A stretch of DNA of 64,000 bases from Candidatus Omnitrophota bacterium (GTDB lineage Bacteria > Omnitrophota > Gorgyraeia > Gygaellales > Profunditerraquicolaceae): positions 69,165 to 133,164 of the forward strand of contig JBAZJY010000001.1 in the NCBI GenBank assembly GCA_041651115.1. Direction: 5' to 3'. Position numbers and translations under genes: made by a program. Every line of letters begins with the position of its first letter. The stretch's first letter is position 1. The notes beneath the pieces are model-generated. The model was not told the origin of the DNA. It saw nothing but the letters and a program-made list of their open reading frames with translations, and searched no databases. Below, piece after piece: positions 30,027-39,590 of this stretch.

Positions 30027-30938
30027 ATGATCGGGTTGTTGAAAGTGGAAGAAAAATATCATATCCCCGTGATGTGCGGGGAAATCATAAATTACCTGAA
30101 CCTCGCGCCCGGGAAAAAAATAGTGGACGCGACGCTTGGTACGGCCGGCCACAGCATAGAAATACTCAAGCGGATATCGCCCGGAGGAAAACTTGTGGGC
30201 ATAGACCGCGATGAAGCGGCGATCAACGCCGCGCGGCAAAGGTTGGCCGATTACAGCGCAGCAGCAAATTTTTTTCACGGGAATTTTACGGATATTGATA
30301 AAGCGCTTAGCGCAGCCGGCATCGGCAAGGTTGACGGGATCATCTTTGACCTGGGCATATCAAGTATGCAGCTTGACGATCCGGAGCGCGGTTTTAGTTT
30401 TCAGAACGAGGGGCCGCTGGACATGCGCCTGGATAGGAATAGCTACATATCGGCCTATGACTTGGTGAACAATCTTAACGAAGACGAGCTCTCGGAGCTG
30501 CTTTGGAACTTCGGGCAGGAGAGGTGGCATAACCGTATTGCGCGTTACCTGGTAAAAGAAAGGGAGAAACACCCGATCTCTACCACTTTAGAATTAAGCG
30601 ACGCAGTAGTCAGGGCAATACCATATAGATACAGGCATTACCGGATCCATCCGGCAACAAGGACTTTTCAGGCAGTGCGCATCGCAGTCAACCGCGAATT
30701 GGAATCACTGCAGGCTGCTATCGGCAAGGCGGTTGAGTTTTTGGAAAAGAGCGGCCGGATTTGCGTAATATCTTTTCATTCTTTGGAAGACCGTATCGTG
30801 AAATTCAGTTTTCGCGAACTTGCGGCAAAAGGTCTATTAAAGATCATCACACCTAAGCCGTTGGAAGCTTCGGATGAAGAAAAGGCGCGTAATCCCAGGT
30901 CAAGGAGCGCCAAGCTAAGAGTAGCAGAGAGGTTATAG
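30027..30938 (+). CDS. rsmH: 16S rRNA (cytosine1402-N4)-methyltransferase
   Basis: MraW/RsmH family (HIPVM ... DATLGTAGHS ... DLGISSMQLD). Confidence 0.9.
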   Translation: MIGLLKVEEKYHIPVMCGEIINYLNLAPGKKIVDATLGTAGHSIEILKRISPGGKLVGIDRDEAAINAARQRLADYSAAANFFHGNFTDIDKALSAAGIGKVDGIIFDLGISSMQLDDPERGFSFQNEGPLDMRLDRNSYISAYDLVNNLNEDELSELLWNFGQERWHNRIARYLVKEREKHPISTTLELSDAVVRAIPYRYRHYRIHPATRTFQAVRIAVNRELESLQAAIGKAVEFLEKSGRICVISFHSLEDRIVKFSFRELAAKGLLKIITPKPLEASDEEKARNPRSRSAKLRVAERL

Positions 30939-30939
30939 G

Positions 30940-31308
30940 ATGAGGCTATCCAGATTCCTCCTTACGGTTTCTCTGGTTACGTCATTTTCCCTGCTTTACG
31001 TATATCAGCAGTCGGAAATCTTCCGGCTTGCTTACGCGGGGCAGAAGCGGGTAACGCGTTTTGAGGATTTGCTTGATAAGAACGCGGGATTAAAGTACAA
31101 TATAGCCAAGAATGTTTCTTTGACCCGCATCGGCAGTAAAGTTGCCGCTGACCCGGATTTTCAGATGCCTGACAGTTATAGGCTGATCAAGTTATCGCGG
31201 CCGTTGAACGGCCTTAAGGTAACGCAATACGCGCCAAAGAAAGAAACCCTGCTGTCGCGGTTGTTCGGGATAAAGCGGCAGGCTGAAGCAGCACTGAGCC
31301 AACAATAA
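30940..31308 (+). CDS. ftsL: Cell division protein FtsL-like (small bitopic membrane protein)
   Basis: A 122-aa product with one TM helix, in the canonical position between rsmH and ftsI. Its last 17 nt lie inside an inverted repeat. Confidence 0.55.
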   Translation: MRLSRFLLTVSLVTSFSLLYVYQQSEIFRLAYAGQKRVTRFEDLLDKNAGLKYNIAKNVSLTRIGSKVAADPDFQMPDSYRLIKLSRPLNGLKVTQYAPKKETLLSRLFGIKRQAEAALSQQ

Positions 31309-31608
31309 ATAACGGACACATTGGCTGAGCTAATTTTTGAGCGAGACAAGGAACGAGGACGCAGACGTAGTCTTGTGCTACGTCAAGGACGAGTGACGCA
31401 GTCGCAGCCAAAAATTAGCCAGCTCATAGTATAGATTAAGGAGAAGCCCGCCTTTCAGCCGTCTGCGGCGTTGCTCCTCCTCGGCGTAGTACTGAAGACT
31501 ACGCCTTCGTCGTCGCGCCTTGCATACGGCCTAAATTCGGGCTTCCAATGTATCCGTTATTTATTGTTGGCTCAGTGATCAATCCCTGATAACAGGTTCT
31601 ATTCTTAA
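31292..31608. mobile_element. MITE-like 317-bp element bounded by perfect 25-bp terminal inverted repeats, between ftsL and ftsI
   Basis: CACTGAGCCAACAATAAATAACGGA (31292-31316) is the exact reverse complement of 31584-31608. The interior carries several further hairpins and no ORF. Confidence 0.35.
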
Positions 31609-31620
31609 CCTTCACTCATT

Positions 31621-33345
31621 GTGCATATCAGCAATTATCGCCGCAGGACCGAAGCGGTGTTTTTATGTTTCATCCTCTTTTTTCTATTCTGCGCAGGCAG
31701 GCTTTTCTTCATTCAGGTTTTCCGTTCCAATTACCTCGCGATAATCGCCAAAAAACAGCATAACCTTTTCGTGGAATTAGAGCCGCGCCGCGGCACAATA
31801 TACGATTCCAACCTTAAGCCGCTGGCAGTCAACATGCAGGTGGATTCGCTTTTTGCTTGCCCCAACGGGATGTCTTTTAAAGACCGGGAAACCGCGGCAA
31901 AAAAGATCTCCGCGATCTTGGGCCTGAATATTTCCCAGCTCCGGGAAAGGCTTAACCGGAAAAAATATTTTGTCTGGCTCGCCCGCAAGATCACCCCGCA
32001 GCAAAGCGCAGAGATCAGAAAACTTAATATTAAAGGGCTTGATTTTATCAAGGAAAGCAAGCGCTGCTATCCCGACGGTTATCTTGCCAGCCATGTGCTT
32101 GGTTTTGCCGGATTGGATAACACCGGGTTGGAAGGGCTGGAATTATATTATGACTCTTATCTTAAGGGAGAGGCAGGCTGGGCAATGTTTTTGCGCGACG
32201 CGCGCCAGAAGAAGCTTGACCTTTGGGAAAAAATGGTCCTGCCTAAAGATGGTTACGACCTCGTACTTACGATTGATGAGGTGATCCAGTATATTGCCGA
32301 GCGAGAGCTTGATAAAGCTTACCGTAAATATAATGCCAAAGGCGCCAGTATTGTCGTGCTTGATCCGCGCACCGGAGCCGTGCTTGCCTTAGCCAACCGG
32401 CCGACCTATGACCTTAACGAATCTACCAGCGTAAGCCGCGATATCCGGCGTAACCGCCTCATCACCGATATGTTTGAGCCGGGCTCGGTGTTTAAGATCG
32501 TTACCGCTTCCGGGGCGCTTGAAGAAAAAAAAGTAGATGAGAAAGTAAAGATCTTTTGCGAGAACGGCGCTTATAAGGTCTCTTCGCATGTCTTGCATGA
32601 CCACAGGCCGCACGGATGGTTGACCTTCCGCGAGGTGATCGAGCAGTCAAGCAATATCGGCACGTCCAAGGTCGCGCAGATGCTCGGCAATGACCTATTA
32701 TATAAATATATCCGGCTTTTCGGGTTTGGCGCTAAACTCGGCATTGACCTGCCCGGTGAAATATCCGGCGTTGCCAGGCCTCCGCGTTTTTGGTCAAAGG
32801 TATCCGTTGCTACGATACCAATGGGCCATGAGATTGGCGTAACTACGCTTCAGCTTGCCGGCGAGATCTCTATCATTGCCAACGGCGGCCGCTTGATGAA
32901 GCCGTATATTGTAAGCGAAGTGCGCGATAAATTCGGGGAAACCATAAAACAATTTTCCCCGGTTGAGATCAACCGCGTAATGTCTGAGAATACGGCAGAG
33001 AGGATTAAAAAAATACTTGTCGGCGTAATAGAAGAAGGCACAGGCAAGCTTGCGAAGGTCATGGGATTTGATGCTGCCGGTAAGACCGGCACAGCGCAGA
33101 AGCTTGAGCCAAACGGCAGGTATTCGCATAATAAATACGTTGCTTCGTTCATCGGCTTTGCTCCGGCGGACGAGCCGTTGATCGCCGTAGCGGTAACGCT
33201 TGACGAGCCGCACCCATATTATTTCGGAGGCGTTGTGGCTGCCCCGGTATTTAAGGGCGTGGCCAACGATGCGATAAGGTATTTAAAGACAAGACAGTTG
33301 CCTGAAGAAATATCTGTGAGCCATGAAATTAACCCGGTTAATTAA
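31621..33345 (+). CDS. ftsI: Peptidoglycan D,D-transpeptidase FtsI (PBP3)
   Basis: An N-terminal TM helix, a PBP dimerisation domain and transpeptidase motifs (SxxK ... KTGT). GTG start. Confidence 0.85.
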   Translation: MHISNYRRRTEAVFLCFILFFLFCAGRLFFIQVFRSNYLAIIAKKQHNLFVELEPRRGTIYDSNLKPLAVNMQVDSLFACPNGMSFKDRETAAKKISAILGLNISQLRERLNRKKYFVWLARKITPQQSAEIRKLNIKGLDFIKESKRCYPDGYLASHVLGFAGLDNTGLEGLELYYDSYLKGEAGWAMFLRDARQKKLDLWEKMVLPKDGYDLVLTIDEVIQYIAERELDKAYRKYNAKGASIVVLDPRTGAVLALANRPTYDLNESTSVSRDIRRNRLITDMFEPGSVFKIVTASGALEEKKVDEKVKIFCENGAYKVSSHVLHDHRPHGWLTFREVIEQSSNIGTSKVAQMLGNDLLYKYIRLFGFGAKLGIDLPGEISGVARPPRFWSKVSVATIPMGHEIGVTTLQLAGEISIIANGGRLMKPYIVSEVRDKFGETIKQFSPVEINRVMSENTAERIKKILVGVIEEGTGKLAKVMGFDAAGKTGTAQKLEPNGRYSHNKYVASFIGFAPADEPLIAVAVTLDEPHPYYFGGVVAAPVFKGVANDAIRYLKTRQLPEEISVSHEINPVN

Positions 33346-34789
33346 GAGCCTTGAAGGCTGTAACGTAAATTATCATCTTGCCGACTTTGAAGTCAAGGGC
33401 ATCAGCGCCGATTCAAAGGGCATCAGGGAAGGTTTTGTTTTTGTGGCGATAAGAGGCTCGGGTGCCGACGGCAACGCGTTTATCGATGAAGCCATAAAGA
33501 ACGGGGCAGGTGCGGTGGTGGTCGCAGCTTCGGAGTTGACCGCCCGCAACCTCTACAAGGCGCCGGTTGTTACTGTCAGCGATCCGCGCAAGGCGCTGGC
33601 AATGCTGGCCGTGGAATTTTACGGAAATCCCGGACAAAAAATAAAAATAGCGGGGATCACCGGCACAAACGGCAAGACAACCATATCTTATCTGCTTGAG
33701 GCGCTGCTGAAAAAATCAGGCAAGAACCCGGCAGTCATCGGTACGATTAATTACCGGTTTAAGGACAAGCTTATCCCGGCGAAAAATACCACGCCCGGCC
33801 CGGTTGAGCTCCAGTCAATGCTTGCTCAAATGCTTGAAGAAAAAGTAGATTACGCGGTAATGGAAGTATCTTCGCACGCGCTGGACCAGGACAGGGCATT
33901 AGGCATACCGTTCCATTCCGCGTTGTTTACGAATTTAACGCAGGACCACCTGGATTATCATAAAACACTGGAAGATTATTTTCAGGCGAAGGCGCGGCTC
34001 TTTACCGGCCTTGCCAAGGATTCCTTCGCGGTGATCAATACCGACGACCCGTACGGCCGGAGGCTGGCAGCAATGACTGAGGCAAAAGTAATTTCTTACG
34101 GCATTGATCAGCCCGCCGATATTATGGCCCAAGACATAAAGTTTGACATTTCTCATACGGAATTCACGCTTGATGCAGCCGGGCAAAGCATAAAATTGAA
34201 AAGCCGGCTTATCGGCAGGCATAATGTGTATAATCTCCTTGCCTGCGCAGGCTGGGCAGTCAATGCCGGCTTTAGCTTAAAAATACTGCAGTCAGCGCTG
34301 GAAGATTTTTCCTGCGTGCCAGGCAGGCTTGAGCCGGTGCAGACCAACCGGGGTTTTTCCGTGTTTGTAGATTACGCCCATACCGACGACGCGTTGAATA
34401 ACGTTATCCGCACGCTGCGGCAGGTAGCGCAAGGAAAGATCATCGTGGTATTCGGCTGCGGCGGAGATAGAGACAGATTAAAGCGGCCCAGGATGGGCGC
34501 GATCGCTGCGCAATTGGCGGATTACGCGGTGATCACCAGCGATAATCCGCGCTCGGAAGACCCGCTGGAAATAATTAAGGAGATCAAAGAGGGGATCACG
34601 AAAGATAATTATTGCGTTGTAGCCGACCGGATGGAAGCGATAAAGAAAGCTTTGTCTATTGCCTCCAATGGTGATATTGTATTGATTGCCGGCAAGGGCC
34701 ATGAGAATTATCAGGTTATCAAGGATAAGGTTTTGCAATTTGACGACAGAGAGGCAGTAAAAAAATGCTTAGGGTTGATGAGATCCTAA
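33323..34789 (+). CDS. murE: UDP-N-acetylmuramoyl-L-alanyl-D-glutamate--2,6-diaminopimelate ligase
   Basis: Mur ligase P-loop (GITGTNGKTT) plus a DNPR motif indicating meso-DAP specificity. Confidence 0.9.
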   Translation: MKLTRLIKSLEGCNVNYHLADFEVKGISADSKGIREGFVFVAIRGSGADGNAFIDEAIKNGAGAVVVAASELTARNLYKAPVVTVSDPRKALAMLAVEFYGNPGQKIKIAGITGTNGKTTISYLLEALLKKSGKNPAVIGTINYRFKDKLIPAKNTTPGPVELQSMLAQMLEEKVDYAVMEVSSHALDQDRALGIPFHSALFTNLTQDHLDYHKTLEDYFQAKARLFTGLAKDSFAVINTDDPYGRRLAAMTEAKVISYGIDQPADIMAQDIKFDISHTEFTLDAAGQSIKLKSRLIGRHNVYNLLACAGWAVNAGFSLKILQSALEDFSCVPGRLEPVQTNRGFSVFVDYAHTDDALNNVIRTLRQVAQGKIIVVFGCGGDRDRLKRPRMGAIAAQLADYAVITSDNPRSEDPLEIIKEIKEGITKDNYCVVADRMEAIKKALSIASNGDIVLIAGKGHENYQVIKDKVLQFDDREAVKKCLGLMRS

Positions 34790-36132
34790 AGGCTGTCCAG
34801 GGAAAGCTGGTCTGCGGCAGCAGGAATAAAACGGTCCGGGGTTATTCCATAGACTCCCGGGCGATAAAAAAGGGCGAAGCATTTATCGCCATAAAGGGCG
34901 ATAAGTTTGACGGCCATGATTTTATACCGCAGGCGTTAAAGAAGGGCGCTTCCTGCGTTATTGCTTGCGCGATACAAAAGCCTTCTGCTGCCGGCAGGGC
35001 AACTTTTATTGAAGTCAATGATACGCAAAAAGCATTAGCTGGCATTGCCCGGGCATTACGCGTGAAATATGACATTCCGGTGATCGCGATTACCGGTTCA
35101 GCCGGAAAAACTACAGTTAAGGAAATGCTTGCGTGGGTGCTTTCGGCAAAGTTAAATGTCCTTAGTAACGAAGGCACGAAGAATAATCATATCGGCATGC
35201 CCATTACTCTCTGCGGGCTGAACAAGAGCCACAATATTGCCGTGCTTGAGTTAGGGACAAATCATTTTGGCGAGATCAAAAATCTTAGCCAGATCTGCCT
35301 GCCGGACGCGGCGGTGGTCACGAACATCGGGCCGGCGCACCTGGAGCATTTTAATAACCTTGAAGGCGTGCTTAAGGAAAAATATACCCTGGTGGAAAAT
35401 CTACGCGGAGCGCAACTGGCGGTCTTAAATGCCGATGACGCGATGCTTAGCCCGAAACTTTTGAATCATTGCGCGGCAAAGCCGTTTATTCTGGGTTTCG
35501 GCATAAATAATTCGGCGGATTTCCTGGCTTCGGATATCCGCCTTACGCCGGGCGGAATAAAATTTTTGATAAACGGCAGGCATAAATTCAGCCTGAACAC
35601 CTGCGGCAGGCACAATGTCTATAATGCGCTGGCTGCGGTTGCCGCGGCAAGGGCTTTCGGCATTGAATATAAAACCATAATCCGCAGGCTGGCGAGCTTT
35701 ACGTTCCCGGCAGGCAGGCTTAGCCTGAAGTCCTGCAATAAGGTCAAGTTTATAGATGATACCTATAATTCCAACCCGCTTTCCCTGAAACAGGCGTTGG
35801 ACGCGCTGGAAAAATTGGAAGGGGCAGGCAGGAAGATCTTTGTTATGGGCGACATGCTTGAACTGGGCGAGGCAAAAGAGGCGTTCCACTGCGAAGCAGG
35901 CTTTAACGCCGCTAAGATCTGTGATATATTTATTGCCGTAGGCAGCCTTTCTCGCCTGGCGGCAAAAGAAGCGGCCTCCTGCGGCTTAAAAGCAAAAAGC
36001 ATATTTACCTGCGACAGCGCCTTAGAGGCGCGTGACATCTTAGTCAATAAGATATCGCTTAAAGACGGCGACATCGTCCTCGTGAAAGGTTCACGCGGGA
36101 TGAAAATGGAAAATGTTTTAAATGCTATATAA
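34765..36132 (+). CDS. murF: UDP-N-acetylmuramoyl-tripeptide--D-alanyl-D-alanine ligase
   Basis: Mur ligase family (ITGSAGKTT). In canonical cluster order. Confidence 0.9.
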   Translation: MLRVDEILKAVQGKLVCGSRNKTVRGYSIDSRAIKKGEAFIAIKGDKFDGHDFIPQALKKGASCVIACAIQKPSAAGRATFIEVNDTQKALAGIARALRVKYDIPVIAITGSAGKTTVKEMLAWVLSAKLNVLSNEGTKNNHIGMPITLCGLNKSHNIAVLELGTNHFGEIKNLSQICLPDAAVVTNIGPAHLEHFNNLEGVLKEKYTLVENLRGAQLAVLNADDAMLSPKLLNHCAAKPFILGFGINNSADFLASDIRLTPGGIKFLINGRHKFSLNTCGRHNVYNALAAVAAARAFGIEYKTIIRRLASFTFPAGRLSLKSCNKVKFIDDTYNSNPLSLKQALDALEKLEGAGRKIFVMGDMLELGEAKEAFHCEAGFNAAKICDIFIAVGSLSRLAAKEAASCGLKAKSIFTCDSALEARDILVNKISLKDGDIVLVKGSRGMKMENVLNAI

Positions 36133-37210
36133 TCTACTCTACCCCCTTCACGAGATATTCCCTGTTTTTAATCTTTTCCGCTATATCAGTTTCCGGGCGA
36201 GCATGGCAGCGCTTACCGCCTTTATCATCAGCCTGATATTAGGGCCGGTGATCATCAATATGATGAAGCGGCTGCAGATCGGCGAGAAGGTAATCAAGGA
36301 GGACAGTAAACGGCTCGACGACCTCCACAAGAAAAAGCAGGGCACGCCGACCATGGGCGGGATATTGATCCTGCTTGCGATATTTTCTTCGGTATTCCTC
36401 TGGGCAGATATCTTTAACAAATACATCCTGATCGCGGCGTTGAGCACGTTATGGCTGGGCATTACCGGTTTTGTGGACGATTACCTTAAGCAGATAAAAA
36501 AAGTATCAAAGGGCCTGACTGTTACTGCCAAGTTCACCAGCCAGATCATTCTCGGCCTTATCCTCGGGGTCATTCTTTTCAGCGACCCGCAGACCTCCAC
36601 AAGGCTGGACGTTCCGTTCCTCAAGGACGTTTCTCTTGAGCTGGGCATAATCTATATATTGTTTACGTTATTAGTCGTTACCGGATCATCCAATGCCGTT
36701 AACCTTACTGACGGCCTTGACGGCCTGGCAATCGGCTGTGTAGTCATGGCTTCGCTTGCTTTCGGAGTATTAAGCTATGTTTCCGGTAATATCAAGATCA
36801 GCGAATACCTGCTTATTCCCTATATCAAAGGAAGCGGGGAGTTGACGATCTTTTGCTCTGCGATCTTCGGGGCAGGCCTGGGTTTCTTATGGTTTAATTG
36901 CTATCCGGCGCAGATCTTTATGGGCGACGTGGGCGCGCTGGCATTGGGAGGGGCGCTGGGCACAGTGGCGCTTTTAATAAAAAAAGAATTGCTCCTGGTG
37001 ATCGTCGGAGGGATCTTTGTGGTTGAGGCATTGTCGGTAATTTTACAAATCGTTTCTTTCCGGCTGACCAGAAAAAGGATATTTAAGATCGCGCCGCTGC
37101 ATCATCATTTCCAGTTCCTTGATTGGCCGGAGAATAAGGTGATCGTGAGGTTTTGGATCATTGCGGCGTTTTTGGCGCTGGTAACCATCGTGACGCTGAA
37201 GTTGAGATAA
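36122..37210 (+). CDS. mraY: Phospho-N-acetylmuramoyl-pentapeptide transferase
   Basis: A polytopic membrane protein with MraY motifs (NLTDGLDGLA ... HHHF). Confidence 0.9.
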   Translation: MLYNLLYPLHEIFPVFNLFRYISFRASMAALTAFIISLILGPVIINMMKRLQIGEKVIKEDSKRLDDLHKKKQGTPTMGGILILLAIFSSVFLWADIFNKYILIAALSTLWLGITGFVDDYLKQIKKVSKGLTVTAKFTSQIILGLILGVILFSDPQTSTRLDVPFLKDVSLELGIIYILFTLLVVTGSSNAVNLTDGLDGLAIGCVVMASLAFGVLSYVSGNIKISEYLLIPYIKGSGELTIFCSAIFGAGLGFLWFNCYPAQIFMGDVGALALGGALGTVALLIKKELLLVIVGGIFVVEALSVILQIVSFRLTRKRIFKIAPLHHHFQFLDWPENKVIVRFWIIAAFLALVTIVTLKLR

Positions 37211-37217
37211 TCATAAT

Positions 37218-38492
37218 ATGTTAAGCAGGAATTATTTTAGAGGTAAAAAAGTGACAATCGTGGGTTTGGCGCGTTCCGGCCTTGCCTGCGCCAACCTGCT
37301 TTTTGACCTGGGCGCTAAGGTAAGGATAACCGATAATCAGGACAGTTCCGCGGTGCGCACTAATGCCGCGCAGTTAAGGTCTGCGGATATAAAAGTTGAG
37401 CTGGGCAGGCACACGCGGGAATTCATTAAAGGAAGCGACCTGGTTGTGGTTTCTCCCGGCGTTACCGATGCAAGCCCTGCGCTGGCCTGGGCTAAGGAGC
37501 TACACATTCCGGCGATCAGCGAGATAGAAGTAGGCTGGCTTGTTTGCCCGGCGCCGATAATTGCCGTTACCGGTTCAAGCGGCAAGACCACAGTCACCAC
37601 CCTGATCGGAAAAGTTATTGAGGCATCCGGGAAAAAAGCCTTTGTCTGCGGTAATATCGGGAATCCATTCTGCGGCGAAGTGGCGAAAGTATCGCCTCAT
37701 GATTATGTCTGCCTTGAGATCAGCTCTTTTCAGCTGGAGAGGATCGTTACCTTTATGCCGAAGATCGCCGTGATGCTGAATTTCAGCAGGAACCATCTGG
37801 ACCGGCACAAGGACATGCAGGAATACCTGGACGCAAAAAAACGCATATTCATGAACCAGGATAAGAATGATTTTCTTGTTTTGAACGCCGCTGACCCGGC
37901 GATCAAGGCCCTGGCCAAAGAAACAGCGGCAAAAGCCGTGTATTTTTCAGAAGGCGACGGCTTAAATCCTAATCAGGCGGCAGTAGCGGCAGTTGCCGCG
38001 ATCCTGGGGATCAATAAGCAGGTATGCTTAAAGGTCTTCAGTGAATTTAAAGGCCTGGAGCACCGCTTTGAATACGTGGCTGAGATCAACGGAGTAAAAT
38101 TCATCAATGATTCCAAGGCAACTGTGGCGGAGTCAACTGTCTGGGCATTAAAAAATATTCCGTCTTCCGTGATATTGATCGCCGGAGGCAGGGACAAGGG
38201 CGTTGATTATTCCGGTATCCTTGAAGCAGCGGCGGGAAAAGTGCGCGCGGTAATACTCATCGGCGAGGCCAAAGAAAAGATCAGCCAACAGCTCTCGGGT
38301 ACGCTGGCAGTTAAGCAAGCCGCGGATTTAAAGGATGCGGTTAACGAAGCATTCGCGCTTTCATCTTCGGGGGATTACGTATTATTATCACCGATGTGCT
38401 CCAGTTTTGATATGTTTGCCAATTACGAAGAGCGCGGCAAGGCGTTTAAAGAAATCGTCTTTGACCTGGCCAAGAGCATTGCTATCAGATAA
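37218..38492 (+). CDS. murD: UDP-N-acetylmuramoylalanine--D-glutamate ligase
   Basis: Mur ligase family (VTGSSGKTT) with an N-terminal Rossmann-like domain. Confidence 0.9.
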   Translation: MLSRNYFRGKKVTIVGLARSGLACANLLFDLGAKVRITDNQDSSAVRTNAAQLRSADIKVELGRHTREFIKGSDLVVVSPGVTDASPALAWAKELHIPAISEIEVGWLVCPAPIIAVTGSSGKTTVTTLIGKVIEASGKKAFVCGNIGNPFCGEVAKVSPHDYVCLEISSFQLERIVTFMPKIAVMLNFSRNHLDRHKDMQEYLDAKKRIFMNQDKNDFLVLNAADPAIKALAKETAAKAVYFSEGDGLNPNQAAVAAVAAILGINKQVCLKVFSEFKGLEHRFEYVAEINGVKFINDSKATVAESTVWALKNIPSSVILIAGGRDKGVDYSGILEAAAGKVRAVILIGEAKEKISQQLSGTLAVKQAADLKDAVNEAFALSSSGDYVLLSPMCSSFDMFANYEERGKAFKEIVFDLAKSIAIR

Positions 38493-38495
38493 GAT

Positions 38496-39590
38496 ATGGT
38501 CCGCAACATAAGGTTGAATCTTTTTACTGTTACGGTCATCCTGATCTGCGTGGGGATCGTAATGATCTATAGTTCTTCCAGTATTTATGCCTGGGAGAAG
38601 TATAAAGACAGTTTTTTCTTCCTCAAAAGGCACCTCGCTTTTCTGTTTATCGGAGTAGCCCTGGCATTCCTGGCGATGTGCGCCGATTACCGCAAATTGC
38701 AGGAAGCTGCCAAGCCCTTATTGGCAGTATCCCTGCTTTTGTTGTTTTTGGTCTTGATACCGGGTATAGGCAGGGAGGTATCCGGAGCGCAGCGCTGGTT
38801 CAGGTTTAAGTTCCTAAGTTTCCAGCCGTCGGAACTGGCAATACTGGCAGTGATCGTTTATACCGCGGATTTTGTTTCTCGTAAACAAAACCTCCTGCGT
38901 AATTTCTGGAAAGGATTTATGCCGCCGATGTTCATTCTCGGCAGCACTGCGCTGCTTATTTTGATGCAGCCTGACCTCGGCACAACCATATCTTTAAGCG
39001 TAGTGGTGATGGTGATGGTATTTTCTGCCGGCACGCGGCTGACTTATCTATTGTCGCTTTTTCTGATGAGTTTACCGGCGCTGTACATATTGATCTTTAG
39101 CGTGCCATACCGCCGTATGCGTATCATGGCGTTTTTAAATCCCTGGCTTGATCCTAAAGGAAGCGGCTTCCAGATCATTCAGTCGCAGCTTGCATTAGGC
39201 TCCGGCGGGATATTCGGCGTGGGCCTTGGGCATTCGCGGCAAAAATTATTTTATTTGCCGGCTGCGCACACCGATTTTATTTTTTCAATCATCGGGGAAG
39301 AGCTCGGCCTTTTGGGAACGTTAAGCATTGTCATACTTTTTATGATCTTTGTCCGGCAGGGCCTGAAAGTGATCAGGAACGCGCCGGACAGATTCGGGCA
39401 TTTCTTAAGCCTCGGGCTGGTTTTAATGATCTGCCTCCGCGCGGCAATAAATATCGGGGTTTCCTGCGGCCTGCTTCCTACAAAAGGCCTGCCGCTGCCG
39501 TTCATCAGCTACGGCGGTTCTTCTTTGATGTTTGACATGGTTGCAGTAGGAATACTCCTGAACATCGCCCGCACCGGAGAATATCCATGA
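38496..39590 (+). CDS. ftsW: Peptidoglycan glycosyltransferase FtsW (SEDS family)
   Basis: A ten-TM SEDS protein (PSEL ... HTDFIFS). Cluster position. Confidence 0.85.
   Translation: MVRNIRLNLFTVTVILICVGIVMIYSSSSIYAWEKYKDSFFFLKRHLAFLFIGVALAFLAMCADYRKLQEAAKPLLAVSLLLLFLVLIPGIGREVSGAQRWFRFKFLSFQPSELAILAVIVYTADFVSRKQNLLRNFWKGFMPPMFILGSTALLILMQPDLGTTISLSVVVMVMVFSAGTRLTYLLSLFLMSLPALYILIFSVPYRRMRIMAFLNPWLDPKGSGFQIIQSQLALGSGGIFGVGLGHSRQKLFYLPAAHTDFIFSIIGEELGLLGTLSIVILFMIFVRQGLKVIRNAPDRFGHFLSLGLVLMICLRAAINIGVSCGLLPTKGLPLPFISYGGSSLMFDMVAVGILLNIARTGEYP

Noticed and set aside
31214-31411. 65-aa minus-strand ORF spanning the ftsL end and the inverted-repeat element
   Set aside because: It lies across a hairpin-rich non-coding element, has no RBS, and its low-complexity sequence reflects the palindromic DNA.
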